A stretch of 64,000 bases of DNA from Fimicolochytrium jonesii (lineage: Eukaryota). Location: the NCBI RefSeq assembly GCF_025526975.1, contig NW_026515682.1:186001-250000 (forward strand), in the 5' to 3' direction. Under the pieces are notes generated by a model. That model saw nothing but the letters and a program-made list of their open reading frames with translations. It made no database searches and was not told where the DNA came from. Positions 35,717-48,280 of this stretch are shown here, piece by piece. A program made the position numbers and the translations under genes. Every line of letters begins with the position of its first letter. Positions within the stretch are counted from its first letter, which is position 1.

Positions 35717-38700
35717 TGTTGAGGGAGTGGTGAAAGGGGCGGCAAAGCGTGAACACTGTGGAGAGGTGGGCCTAGTTTTCAACGCCAAGCGCGATCGAGT
35801 GTAAACCACCGCAGTTTGGGCAGTTGATCGCGAGACACCCCTGTGTGTATATATGCTGCTGCAGCTGCTCTACGTTCTGGCTTCCGGGAGCTGTGGGATC
35901 AGCAAGAGTGTTGCGGTGTGTTTGGAGAGGTTGTGTGCTTTTCTGCGTCCTTGGCCCTTTTGCTTCGTTGCCGTTTTCGCCCCACAGCGCGCGCACTGGC
36001 TGGGAGAGCAGAGCGAGCGGCTTCACCTGCAAATCCAAATCCCATGGGCAAGAAAGCGCGTCAACGGGTATATCCCCACTTCCACTTTTGGTGGTTCTTA
36101 CATAGTATTAGAGACGCTAGTAGCATGCGTCATAGCTGAGAACACACAAGTCCTCTCCTCCCTGCTCACTGGCTGGAAACTAATTATTTGACGCGTCGGG
36201 CGCGTCGCTCTACCGATGCCGAGGAGTTGAATTGGAACATCGAGTCGGACAGACGGAGAGGGAGGGGAGTGCCTGGCGTCACCTGGGCGAGGAGGTCTTG
36301 CATCTCATCAGACTGAACGACTCACTGACCTCACAGGGCCCAAAGGGAACGCCGCGGGAGCAATGCTTTGTCCCGGGGGGATTGTCCATATGGGAAACTT
36401 GCAGGGGCCTCAGGTTCATATTCTACTTGACTGCCGACGCAACCATCCAATGTTCTCCGCCTCCCTAGCAGCATCTGGATGTGCTTCGGTGGACAGTGGA
36501 AGTAAGAAATGCAATCATATCATTGGTCAATACGCCGATTCGCCAAGTGCTCTTCACGGGAAAGGGAACGACAGCGGCCTTCTTCGCCATAAGCTATCGA
36601 TTTTCGAGCTTCATCTCCCATGACGCGTGATACGTATTATCCAGTGAAGGGATATTCCCCGCTCAACATGCCTCCCCTTTGGCGCTCAGATATGGTGAAT
36701 AGCCCTCCCCACGGTTTTAGGCTGATTACGGTAGGGGGTTCAGATTTACCTCCGTCGTGCTCCATTCCTGCCCTATCTTCAAGGGACATCCAAGGGCTGG
36801 ATGTCGTGCAGGACAAGGGATGCAAAACCCAAGCTGGTGACGGGAGTCATGCAGCCACCCTTCGCGGTGTTCCCCCGCGACCGTAAGGGCCTGCTTAGGT
36901 CCACCCTGGCTAAGCCACTGACAGCTTTTTGACGACTTTTGGACTTAACGAGGTTTTCGCAGACCCAAAGTTGCTGCACATGTTGAGCAGTATCTTGACA
37001 GCCAGACATGCTAGCAGAAAGATTGATTAGGCAGTTTGGTGAAGAAGGCACTGGTTCAGGGTTTGACACCTCTAACTGGCAAGTTTTACCCAAAAACGGC
37101 CAAGGAAAGACAGTTTTACTACTCAGACTTTTGGGCCTCTGCGTTAAGTTTGTTGCAACAGCTACCCCCACAGACACTTAGAGGGGATTGGCCAAAGTAG
37201 GCAACTGGAGCCGTATGCAAATGGAATAGGTTGTCCTGCATGTCTGTGGGATGGTATGGCTGCTCAAAAAAGAGGGTTTTGTGAGGAAACTGCTTTAATT
37301 TCCCTAATTGTGCCTTAAGGTAACGCGTAGAGCGTTTGGGTGGCGCAGCCAGGGTGGACCTGAGAGGGCCTGCCTGCAGTGCCTGGTCTCTCTCATTCGG
37401 GTTGTTCGCCTGCAGCTACGCGCGTTGGACGAGAGATCCCGTCCAGGACCGCTCATAGTCGTCCCACTCCTCCGCCGTCCTGACATGCCCCTAGCCTTGT
37501 TCAAAGTCGCACGCACGCACGCTATCGACTAGGCCAGGTAACGTCGGGAAGCAGTCCGGGTCGGCCTCCAACACTTCCTGTGCAGCCGTAGATGGCGACG
37601 TCGTCTTTTATCGCCCAACAGGACAATCCACCACGTAGCAATCCACGCACGTTGTTCTGGTAAGTGACAAGTCGAGTTCGGGTCAAGCAGTCGTGCCGAC
37701 TTAGAGCTGGTGGCAGCTATTCCACAGAGCCTACGGAGTAGCGCTAAGTGTAAATGGGAGCGAGAGGATGCTCGGCGTAATCCTATGGCTTAAAAACCTC
37801 GAAGTCTTTCACGGAGGTGTTGGCCCGTCGATGTTCTATGGGAAAGCAGCATGCAGTCCGTGAAGCGCCAGTATGGCGAGCGCACTCGTGTAGCGGAGTT
37901 CTTGCTCACCACACTGGATGAGGGTGGTATGGGGGGCTGCCACGGCGTCGAGATTAGCTACGGGGAATCGATCGGTGGTGCGACTGCTACAGCCTGGGGA
38001 CAGGAAGGTCCGCCGAAGTTCCCCAGTGGCTCGAGGTCTTGACCAGGGGGGTGGGATCCCATGGAAACCTGAGTGGTAGCTCATTTGCACGGGAGCCACG
38101 ACTTCGAGCCATACTGTACTGTAGATCTAGGGAAATGCTAAAACGACACTGGGTGTAGCCAGTTTAGAACGACACCCCTTCTGAGGCCTCGCCGGCAGCT
38201 AAAACGACCCCTCTTATAGCCCGAGACCTCTTTTGCAATTGAAGACAAGTTACACCCACATACAATCATGGCCTTGGCGTTTAACAGAAATTGTGACACT
38301 AAATATGACAGTGATAGCCTACAGTGACTAAGGGTTGAGCCTAACCCTTGACGAGATCCATTTGAGAGGGCGCTGAGATGTGGGAAGGGCACTGCCGGTT
38401 TGACTTCATGTGCCCTGTCGAAGGCAGCCGAGCGGCACGGCACGTCAGTGCGGGGCGCATGGTTCTCCTTCCCACTTCCGCTTTGAATGCCTGGATATCC
38501 GCAATTGTTGGTCACAATACAGCTCTGGAAGGACTCGCCAATTGGATGTGTGTTTACCTCCGAGAGAGGAATTTTCAATGCAGTCAAACCACTGCGAGGC
38601 CGCCCCAATGCAGTCAGCCTCAAGCGAGTGATGGCAAGTTGCAGTTTCATTGCAAAAAGCGTGGCAATTGCAAAACGGATCTTGCGACGCTCTTTCGCGA

Positions 38701-38820
38701 GCTGTTAGGTGACGACCAGGGAGACCGGGGTGACGACGCTCTTCCGCTAGCTGTTAGCTGATTTTGCTGCGGATGGTCATACTCCACAAAAGTCAATATT
38801 TCCGGCGAACCTCCCGTCCC

Positions 38821-40519
38821 TTAAACCACCCTATACCTAACTCTATCCGCCGCCACCAAATACACCTTTCCCGCCCCCTCAGCGGGTGTAGGATGGTACC
38901 CCACCGGCCCGACATCGCAGTCGGCGCAGGAGAGGTACCTCGTCGACGACGAGTTGGAGCCTGGTACGGGTTTCGTGAAGCCGATGTTTTCAAAGGCCAT
39001 CATGTCCGAGACGGACCAGTTGTAGGTTGGGGCGAGGGAGTGTTTGGTAGGAGATTGGGTGGGGATGAGGGGAAGTTCGACCTGGTTTGAGGGGAGGGCA
39101 TTTTGGGGTTTGTGAGTGAATGCTACAAAGAGTCGGAGGGGCCCCCCATGCGCTGTACACCGGTAGGATTGTATGCATTGATACGCAAAATGTTTGCTTA
39201 CCGCAGTCTGATGGTCCACCTTCTGGGCCACCCCCTTCTTCAAAATAAGGGATTTACAGCTCGGGCAGTGAACATTGAACGCATTTGTGCCCTCAGCAGT
39301 CACCAGCTGGGTCTTAGCCGCCTCCATATACGTCGTAAACTCGTTGGCCCCTGTAGCCACTGCCGTAGACGGGGTGCCCGAGGCAGCGTCAGCAAAGATG
39401 ATCCTCTCCAATTCCGCAGCGGCGGCGTCTACGTCGCTGCCGTTGACGATGATGGCGTCGTAGGGCGAGGGGGTGGAGTGGGCGTAGTCTAGCGCTGCTT
39501 GGGCGGAGGCGATGCGGGCGGCGAGAGATTCTGGAGTTTCGGATTTGCGGTTTTCGAGGCGGGAGCGGAGCTCTTCAATTGAGGGTGGCTTTTTGAGTGC
39601 AGAAGGTATGTCAGCTAGAGCAGAAGCCCGGGATTGAGATGCGCCGTCGATTGCATTGAACTCACAGCGATAAAGATGCACAAGCAAGGAATTCCCGAGT
39701 TCTTCATCGACTTGACACCATTCAGCTCCAGATCTAAAATAATGCGTTTTTGCGGCTTGCCCGCGTCCGCCTCCGATGGGGACGGGTTGATAGACTTGAA
39801 GGGCGTGCCGTACATGTTGCCGGAGAACTCGGCGTGCTCGATGAGCTCGCCGCGCTCGATCATGGCTTTGAACTCGTCGCGGGTGATGTAGTGATATGAC
39901 ACTCCAGGTGTCTGTAGACATGTGGATGGCATCAGCACCCTGTTGAAATCCGCACATCGTCCTCAAACTCAACAGCGTTCCGTTGCGGCACTCTCAATTA
40001 TCTGCCTCCAGTTCCCTCCCAATTCCAGAAATAACAGATCGCCTCCTCTCTCACCAAAGCCCTTACACAACCCATACCTCTCCAGCCCGCGGCTGCCGCG
40101 TCGTACCTGCCAAACCCAAAAAGCAGTCAGTCCCTTTCACTCCCAAACCGCGCGCAACCTCCGCCACACCACTCACATGAAACGCTAAACTTGAAGCTAT
40201 CCGGATACTTCTCAAACAACCTAGTAAAACAGACAGGGCATCAATCTCAAATCCAATTCTCGGACTCCTCCTTCACCAAACTTACTTGTTGAGCAACGTG
40301 CTAGGAGAGGCAAAGATCAGGACGCGTTAGTATCCAGCTCATCGACTCCCATCGCGCCACCACCACCATAACCACCACTGCATCCCCATCCCATTCACAC
40401 ACAACACGACCCCGCCCGTTGCGTCCCACAGACATTCCCACCTCCTACCTCTTCCCAGTCCCACTAGGTCCAGACATGACAATCGGACGGCCCGCGGAAA
40501 TAGGCGGTGTTGGAGGCAT
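38821..40519 (-). CDS. Guanylate kinase fused to a C-terminal Mss4/RABIF domain
   Basis: P-loop SGPSGTGK|STLL, FSVS.TTRQPRAGE, EHAEFSGNMYGT and PPSIEELRSRL. The same exon continues into CPSCKSLIL. The last exon has DMMAFENIGFTK..YLSCADCDVGPVG. Confidence 0.88.
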
Positions 40520-40899
40520 GGTTTCGGCGTTTAACTTCACTGAGCTGCGGGTTGAAAGGGGGCGACGGGTGGTGATACGGGGGGTGGGAATAAGTCGGGG
40601 GTGGATGACTGTTTCGTGAGGGCGGGTGTAGGAATATGCGGGATGGGAGGAAAACAAGGCGGTTGCGTACAGGGTTGCGTAAGTTCTGGAGAGAACGGAG
40701 GCGACGCGGCGGCGAGAGGGGATTAGAGTTAACGTCAAACAAGGGCGTTGTTGAAGTGCTTTCAGGTGGGGTTGTATCTTCTGACACTGCGGCCGAAGGG
40801 ACATTTGAAAAGCGGTGGGAAAGAACTTCAAAGCAGGTGGGAAAGGGGAGAAGCCCTGCCGTGGGGAAACCTTTTACAACCCTCGCGTTTGCAGCCATT

Positions 40900-42139
40900 C
40901 CGAGCGAACGCAGGTCCTCGAACGTATCCTTTACCCTCATCGACGAACGGTTCGCCGTCCCCGATGTAGGCGACAACCTGTCTAAGGAGCTGAGAGCGGC
41001 GCTCGCTTGTGGCGACTATGATGATTTCGTCGTCATTGAAGAATTCAAAACCCGCCTAATGGACGACAATCAGCGCATCTCTAACGATATGCATTGTGAG
41101 ATCCTTACCCGTGCTGTGGTGCAGGTTGAGCCGCCGAAAATGAAGACGAAAGATGTATTGATGGAGTTTTGTTATGTCATTAGCTGCAGAATTGCTGATT
41201 TATTTTATCACAACCCGGAGGAATTTATTGAGTGGACTACCGATGGCGAGTGGAATTCTGCTGACGAGTTGCGTACAAACAGATTCCTGGCGGAGGGCTT
41301 AGATGAGATTCGGATTCTACCGGGGAACGTCGATACACCCTTTCGAAACGGCTAAGTCTTACCTTGAAATGGATGCACCACTGAGGTTGATGTTTTTGTT
41401 TTGCAGGGTATGTGAAACTGTGCATGTTCCCCGACGCCGATGCCGCCGGCCCCTACTACGCCGCGCTGTTCACTCTGCTGCAGCACATGAACGGTATCAT
41501 CATAGACATCCGGACCAATGGCGGGGGCTCGGGGGCAGTTGGTCCGTTGTTCTGCTTTTGCCATGTTGCGTTTACCCAACAACTGCAATGAACCAACTAA
41601 TCTTCCAAAACCTCTCACGCAGACCTGCTCCTCACCTACCTCGTCAAGCCAAGCCGCCAAGCAATGGTCTCCACGCACCACCGCTTCTCCGGCGCGCGCA
41701 CCACCCTGCATCTCCTCCCCGCCGTAGCCGGCCCACGTACAGCCCGGACAAGCCAGTGTGGGTGCTCATGTCTAATAAGACGTTCTCCGCCGCGGAGCAC
41801 TTTGCGCACACGGCGAAGGCGCTCAAGCGGGTCAAGATCGTCGGCGAGAACACGGCCGGGGGCGGCCGCATGTGCGATGGGTTCTGGATCCACCCTAAAC
41901 TAGACTTGCGGATCTCCACCGCGTTCGTGCGCTGTGAAGTCGACGGCGGGGTTTGGGAACGCGTGGGCGTGCAGCCGGATGTGAAGTGTCCTGCTGATGA
42001 CGCTTTGGATGTTGCGCTTTTGGAGGCACTGGAGAGGTTTGTGCCGGGGATTGAAACTGACCCGCATCTGTTGCAGTTGGAGAGGCACACTAGGTGGGGT
42101 GACAAGACGGGGCGCAAGACACTGGCGGAGCTTCGGTGA
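40900..42139 (+). pseudogene. IRBP/tail-specific-protease type S41 peptidase, probably decayed
   Basis: S41 N-domain (GDYDD..EFKTRL..ISNDMH), ILPGNV|GYVKL, IIIDIRTNGGG, PVWVLMSNKTFSAAEHFA, IVGENTAGG, WERVGVQPDV. The intron donor reads AT instead of GT (~41333) and there is a frameshift at ~41735. Confidence 0.75.
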
Positions 42140-42569
42140 AGCGAGAGGGACGGTGGTGCAAAAATAGATATTAGATTCACCACCTAGATAAACTCGCTGG
42201 AAACTCAACTTTCCATAAGCGTTTACTACGCTTGGACTAGAAACTTCAAAAGGGAAAGCGTCCGCTCAAACTGTTCTTATTTTCCCTCTATCGTCATGAA
42301 CTCGTCGTCTTCCTAGAGCTGGATCAACTAGGTTTGTGGGTTTTCAAGCTCAGTGGCCCGTAAACGCGTGGGAAAGCGTGTCGAAAAGCATTTCCAGCCG
42401 TTTTCAAAGGGTGTCCGAATTGAGCAGGAAAGCCCAATTTCACCTGCGGAATAGGGGCAGCCCTTGTCGAGAGTCAACACAACAGCTACATATACACCTA
42501 CCGCAAGGCTGCTCCCGGGTCCTCTCACACTTCCTAGCCGTCCGTCGCACGCCGTCCAACTACGGGTCT

Positions 42570-43812
42570 ATGGCTGGCCTTCAGGCGTCCGGACTCGCTT
42601 CGGGGTCCCCATCCAATTTCTTCAGAGCTAAGTTGGATGACGTTCGGTATCTTGTTACGGTGTTGAAGGCCCTTGCCTATAAAGATGTGGGGAGCCGTCG
42701 TTACCAAACTCCTTAGCGGTAACACTGTACTGAATCCAAGTTTCGCTTGCATCAGAAAGCCCAGTGCATCCTGAGCCCCCAAGGCCTCCGCGTTATCACC
42801 GAAGACTCCCAAGCGTCTCAGTCAAGAGGATATCTCGAAGCCTCGCATTTTCGGGAATACAATTTCCCAGATTTAGATCGGCCGGGGGACCATGAAAACG
42901 ATCAAGAAGCAGCAGAAAACTCCGAAGACCAGCCCGGAACAGCGTCGAGTATCACGTTCGGGATTGACATCCAGGCTCTGCTGGATTGCTTGACGATATT
43001 TGGTGGGGCGTCGGCGCACCCATCAACTACTGGTGGTGGCGGGCGATATGGCGGAGGTGGTGGAAACGGCGGTGGCGGTGCCGGAGCAACTGGCGGGGAT
43101 CCATACGACTTCCCTACCCAGGAAACCCGCGCCATCCCCATCGAGACGTCCCGCGTCCCCGTCCGCATCACTCGCCCCCTCACAGGTGGCGTTCTCTCCC
43201 TCATGCTCGAAGAACGTGAGGTGGTGACCGTCTGCCAACTGAACACGACTGATCCGGAACCGATCTCCGAACTCCACTCCCGGTTCATCGAAAGCCGCGT
43301 CGTTGGCAAAGTGATCATGAAATCCGAATGGTTGCGTGATGCCTTCTCGGAACTCGATGGGACGTCCGATACCTTGACGCTGATCGTCGCCTCTGTTGCG
43401 CCGTACTTTAGACTGGCCGCCTCTGGGTTGGCCGGCGACGCGCAGATGGATTACCCCAAGGATACCGATGTGGTGGAATCGTTCAGTTGCCTTGAAAACA
43501 CCCGGAATAACTATCGATACGCATCGATTGCGCCGTGCCTGAGAGCGTTGGCGTTTTCGACAAAGACGTCGATTAGGGTTAACGAAACGGGCTTTCTGAG
43601 TTTGCAGGTATGTCGCGCAGTTTACACATGTTCTTGCGTGCAGTGCGTCTGTAGCTTACCACGCCGTATTATTCCCCCTGCAGTTTATGATACCCCTGAA
43701 TGAAAAAGACGTTACGTTTGTCGAATACCTCGTCTCGCCGTTGATCCGGAACGACAACGATGATCAAAACAGCAATGACGAAAACGAGAATCAAAACACC
43801 GCAGGCTCGTAG
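42570..43812 (+). CDS. RAD1: 9-1-1 checkpoint clamp subunit Rad1/Rec1
   Basis: KSEWLRDAFSELD, PYFRL..G.AG.AQMDYPK, ALAFSTKTSIRVNETGFLSLQ|FMI..FVEY. Two introns. Confidence 0.92.
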
Positions 43813-44542
43813 GCTTAATCACTTGTGCTCGGAAAACCCTGCCGAGTGGTTGGAGCATTCGGGACGGCCACCCGTCATAGAACCGCTCGCGGGGAGTAAT
43901 CAATACGCCCATTCACCTCTCGATATCGTGTCGTGATTTTGCCCTAGTGGGTAGGGTAGCTAGAATAGGACAGGAGCACGTCCTGGTCGCCATTGAAGTG
44001 GCGTATATTCGCAGTTCCCGAGAGAGATACCCACCTATTATGTAGAGCCCTCCGCAAATACCACCCACCCGCTTTGCGCCATCTAAATGGTGCGATTGAA
44101 ATTCAATCAAATGACATCTGAACGCATTCTGAGCCAGCGGTGGGGATGAAAGCTCTGGGGATCGTTTCGTCTTTCTCTTTTGTCTCGTAACAACGATCCC
44201 CTTCCCAGTTCTTTTTATTTATTCATCTTTCGTCATCCAAGTCGTAACAAATAAGAAAAGCAAAGGCAAAACAAACACTTATAACACAAGGGAGATGGGG
44301 AGGTAAAAACACTACACGGATTCGAAGAACCCATAGCTAAGGTAATTGCGAGAGGGGCGAAGTGAGCTAAAGAAGCGTGTGGGCCGAAACCATTACAGGT
44401 AGAAGTTGAGTGAATGCAACGTGCGACGAGTGTTGAACGGATGGGGACCTGTACAGGGATATATATGGGAGCGCGGAGCAGAAGATTGGGGCCAAAGCGA
44501 AGATGGAACATGTCGGTTTTTTAGTGTTTCTGTCTTGCGCCC

Positions 44543-47500
44543 CTAGCGGCGTTTCCAAGAGGTGTCCGCGTCGTGGTCTTCCTCCTCCTCTTCGTCTTCC
44601 CACTGCGCTGTAGTGGTGGTATTTCCAGGGGCGGTGGTCTCGACAGACGACGGGTCAACTAACGCTGCGGCAGAGCCATTCGACAGTTTGTCGAGAGAAG
44701 CGGAGGATTGATCGGAGGGGAGGGTGCCCGTAAACCATGACAGTTCGGCGGTGTCAAAGTCCTCGAGTTTGAGAGGCTCTGACATAGCCTGTGGGAAATG
44801 AAAGAAGTGTGAGTCGTAGGAGGTAGATACATGCGTTGAGGTTTTCACACATACCCTCTCCGCATCACGGCGAGAACCGTATTCTACAATCGCACTGCTG
44901 TCATCGTCAGTGGACGTCAGATTGTTGATGGAACCAAATTTCTGAGAAGGCAAAGGGTACGTTGTTAGTCAAATTGTTCGCCGGATGTGGTGTTGTCGGA
45001 CGATTCGCGCAACCGTACCTCAAAGTGGGCCCTCAATGCGAAATGCCCAGACGAGCCTACATTCTTCACCAACAGCTTCTTCGTCCGGTTGTCCAAAGTA
45101 AAACGGCCACCACTGCCACGGCCACCGGCCCATGATCCACGGCCGCGGCCAGAGTACGGATGGGAGCTTCCACCGCGGGTGGAGCCAGCCGCCAAAACGG
45201 CGTTCGGGTCGATTCCACGGGCGGCAGCCTGAGAAAATATTGGTTGTCAGCAATAAGAATGACGTCCAAACGTTGTGAGGCACGCTTACCTGAGCTTTCA
45301 AAGCCTCCAACTGAGCAAGTAACGTCGCGGACTTGCTGGTCTCCTCTGCAGGAACCGCTCCCGGTGCTGGGCTCTGTACCTGGCTTATAGCATCCAGTTC
45401 ACGGTCCAACCGTTCTCGCTCCTTCTCTTCCATCAACGCGGCCCGTGATGCTGGCTTACTGGCTTGCTGCGTCTGAATGGTTGCAACACGCGTCGAGGCA
45501 GAATGCATGACATCCTTCATGGACTTGGAAAGGATTTCGAACTGCGACATCAAGGCCTTCTTCTCCTGCGGCAACAACGTCTTTGATTGCAGCTTCTCCA
45601 TAATCTTCTTTTGCTCCTCTATTTGCTTCGCGATCAGGTTTTGCTGCATTTCGAGCATTTGTTTCGTCTTTTCCTTCTTCTCCTCGGCGGCTGCGGCGGC
45701 TGCGGCGGCCGCTTTTTGAGCTTCCGCCGCTGCGGCTTGAGGATCTATCGTGATGACCGAACGACGTGTGGAGGCGACGGGGGCTGTGGGCAGTGGGGAT
45801 GTTTCTGCCTTGCCACCCATATTATCCGGGTTCGCAAAGAACACTTTGACAAAGCGGTTGTCAAATATAGGGTCAGGGGACCTGTAAGCAGCTTGTGCTT
45901 CGGCTGGAGTCGAGAACTGCAAGACAGCCTTGGACGTGGGAACGTGTAGTTTGATGTTCGTGATGGTTCCAAACTTCTTGAAGAATTCGCTGATCTTGTC
46001 GATGGTGAGATGTTCTGCGGGTACGTTCTGCACTACCAAGGTGTCGTTGGAGGCGCGACCTTTCGGGTTGCCGCCAAATGTCCTCTGGCCCATGTTCCCT
46101 TGCTGGTGGTGACCTCCAAACCCCGAATTGAAATTGGCACCACCGCGACCGCCTCTCCGTGCGAATCCACCGCGCAAACCACTCTGGAAGTTCTCCGGAC
46201 CGCCAGGCCCGCCAGCTTGGAATGGTGCACCGCCGCCAAGTTGTCCGTTCCCCGCCCCCTCGGCGGCTCCTACGCCATTTTCACTCCCTGGGCGCCTCCC
46301 AGCTGCTGCAAATGATGCTCGCTCTGGGTCATATGCTTCCGATGGACCGATCGGCATGGACATTCCGGGCTCTACAGGTGTGCCCTCCGTTAGCATTTGT
46401 GTATCGCAATAGGGCTTGCTGGAGAACATGACATTACCATAAGGTTCTGCATCGAATTGTGGCCGCATGTTCGGAACACCAGGGCGGCCTCCATAGGGGT
46501 GGAATGGTCCTCCCATTCCTGGGATGGGCATCATAGGGTTCGGGCCCATCATCTCAAATGGCGGCCTGCCTCCCACCATGGGAAGATCGTCAACGACGAT
46601 ACGATCAACGCCGTGATCATATGGGCATGCATCCCCACGTAGACAATACCCCTTTTCTGTAACAGAAGAACAGTTAGCCAGGCGGCGATTAACATGCTGC
46701 AATGGCTTTGGAGCTTGTGCCAACCTTCATAATCGTGACATGGCCGGCGACCGCGGCCATTCATGAAACCACCCCGACCAGGACCCATGTTTCTCCCTCC
46801 AGGTCGGTCACCCAGGCGGCCTCGTAACCTGCCGTTCCCACGATCACCGAATCGACCGTCATGCACCGGCACTCCCATCCCGGGATGAGGAACACCCATC
46901 CATTCCGGAGGCCCGCCTTCCCATCTACCGGGTATCAAGGGTAGCCCTTGTGGCGGTGGAATCATCTGTGGTGGGAAACGCTGTGGTCCCATATGTCTCC
47001 CATCGCGATCGAAGTCGCGTCTGCCAGGGCCGGCCTGGAATGCGGCATTTGGCCCGTTGAACCCTCGGTTTCCTTTGTTGCGGTCGTCAGGATTCGCTTC
47101 GCCAGATTTTAGCCTCTTGTGGCTCGCCGTCAGGTCTTCATTCTGAGGTCCATCCTGCCGTGGGTAAGCGGAGTTGCCTGAGTCTTGCCCTTGCACCGGA
47201 TCATCCGATCTTACTCGTTTCCTGCTCGCAGCATCGTCTCGTGACGTCCGGCCGTCCGCAACACCCAGATCCTGCGTGTCTCCACCTCGACGAGTGTGTT
47301 TGAAGTTTCGGTCGCCGTCTTCATCATCAGATACTTCCTCCTCATGAAACTTCTGAGAGGTTGCTGGTGCTTCTGCCTGCTCAACGGCGGGATCTTCATT
47401 GAGCCCACTGACACTGCTTTCCGCCAATGTCCCATCTTCTCTCGCGTAGCCTTCCGAGAGAACGGTATCAAATAAAGAGTTCACGAACGGCCCAGTTGCT

Positions 47501-47827
47501 GGATACGATATGCAGATTATGGGAGCTGTTAGCTTCAAGATCATATGTCCTCGGTGGATGGAAGCTCAAACGCACATTCTTTCAGAAAGTCCTCTAGCTG
47601 ACTTATACAGAGCGTTTTCAGTCCGTCTATCGGCTGGTCGTGCCTCAACAGTGCCATAACATAGTCGGCAAGAACACTAGGGTCCGCATCGCATCTACAG
47701 GACGGTGGAGGTAGAGCGTGAGTAATGTCAGTCCCCATAGTTGGGGGATCGTTGTGACTTACATTGGAGCTAACTGCGCTACCAAGTAGTCGTTCAGCTG
47801 CGTGATAGTAGCCTCCTCAATATGCAT
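44543..47827 (-). CDS. RBM26/RBM27 (Rmn1)-like RNA-binding protein: PWI, CCCH finger, RRMs
   Basis: CDADPSVLADYVMALL (PWI), CHDYE.KGYCLRGDACPYDHG, and RRM FFKKFGTITNI..FDNRFVKVF. Confidence 0.9.
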
Positions 47828-48280
47828 AGTGAGATGTTCTGCGGAGTCCCGTTTCCGTTGCGTTCTCCACCGTGGTCGTTGCGACGTTCTCGCTCCTCCG
47901 TGGGGTCAGGGTCCACAAGCCAATGTCACACCGCAGCGAAATCGTCTGAAGTCGCCAGAGAGGTTCGTGGCGAACTGAGCGATGTGCGTCAGAAACGTGG
48001 TGCCCAGTAGCTGGCTGCTTGGTGAGATACTGGTGATCTGCAGTTTCGAAATCGAACAGGATCTTTCGGCACAGTCGATGTACAGAAACCAGCTTCTTTC
48101 TCCAGTTACGAACTGATGCATCTGTGCTTTCAAGCGTCCGACTGATTCAACTGTCACTGGGCAAGTCACGTGAGCAGATAAAATGCGAGGTTCTGCCCAC
48201 TATGACACGCCAACACGGCCAACAACGAACAACACTGACGTTCCGCTTTCTTACTTTTTGCCACCTTCATTCATTCACAA

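Noticed and set aside
38137..38208. Spaced repeats as a CRISPR-like array
   Set aside because: Only three degenerate 10-11 bp units, in a eukaryotic context with no cas genes.
44157..47757. GGGGATCGTT / AACGATCCCC matches near the RBM26 3' end and in intron 1
   Set aside because: Matches of 10-15 bp are expected by chance in 64 kb.
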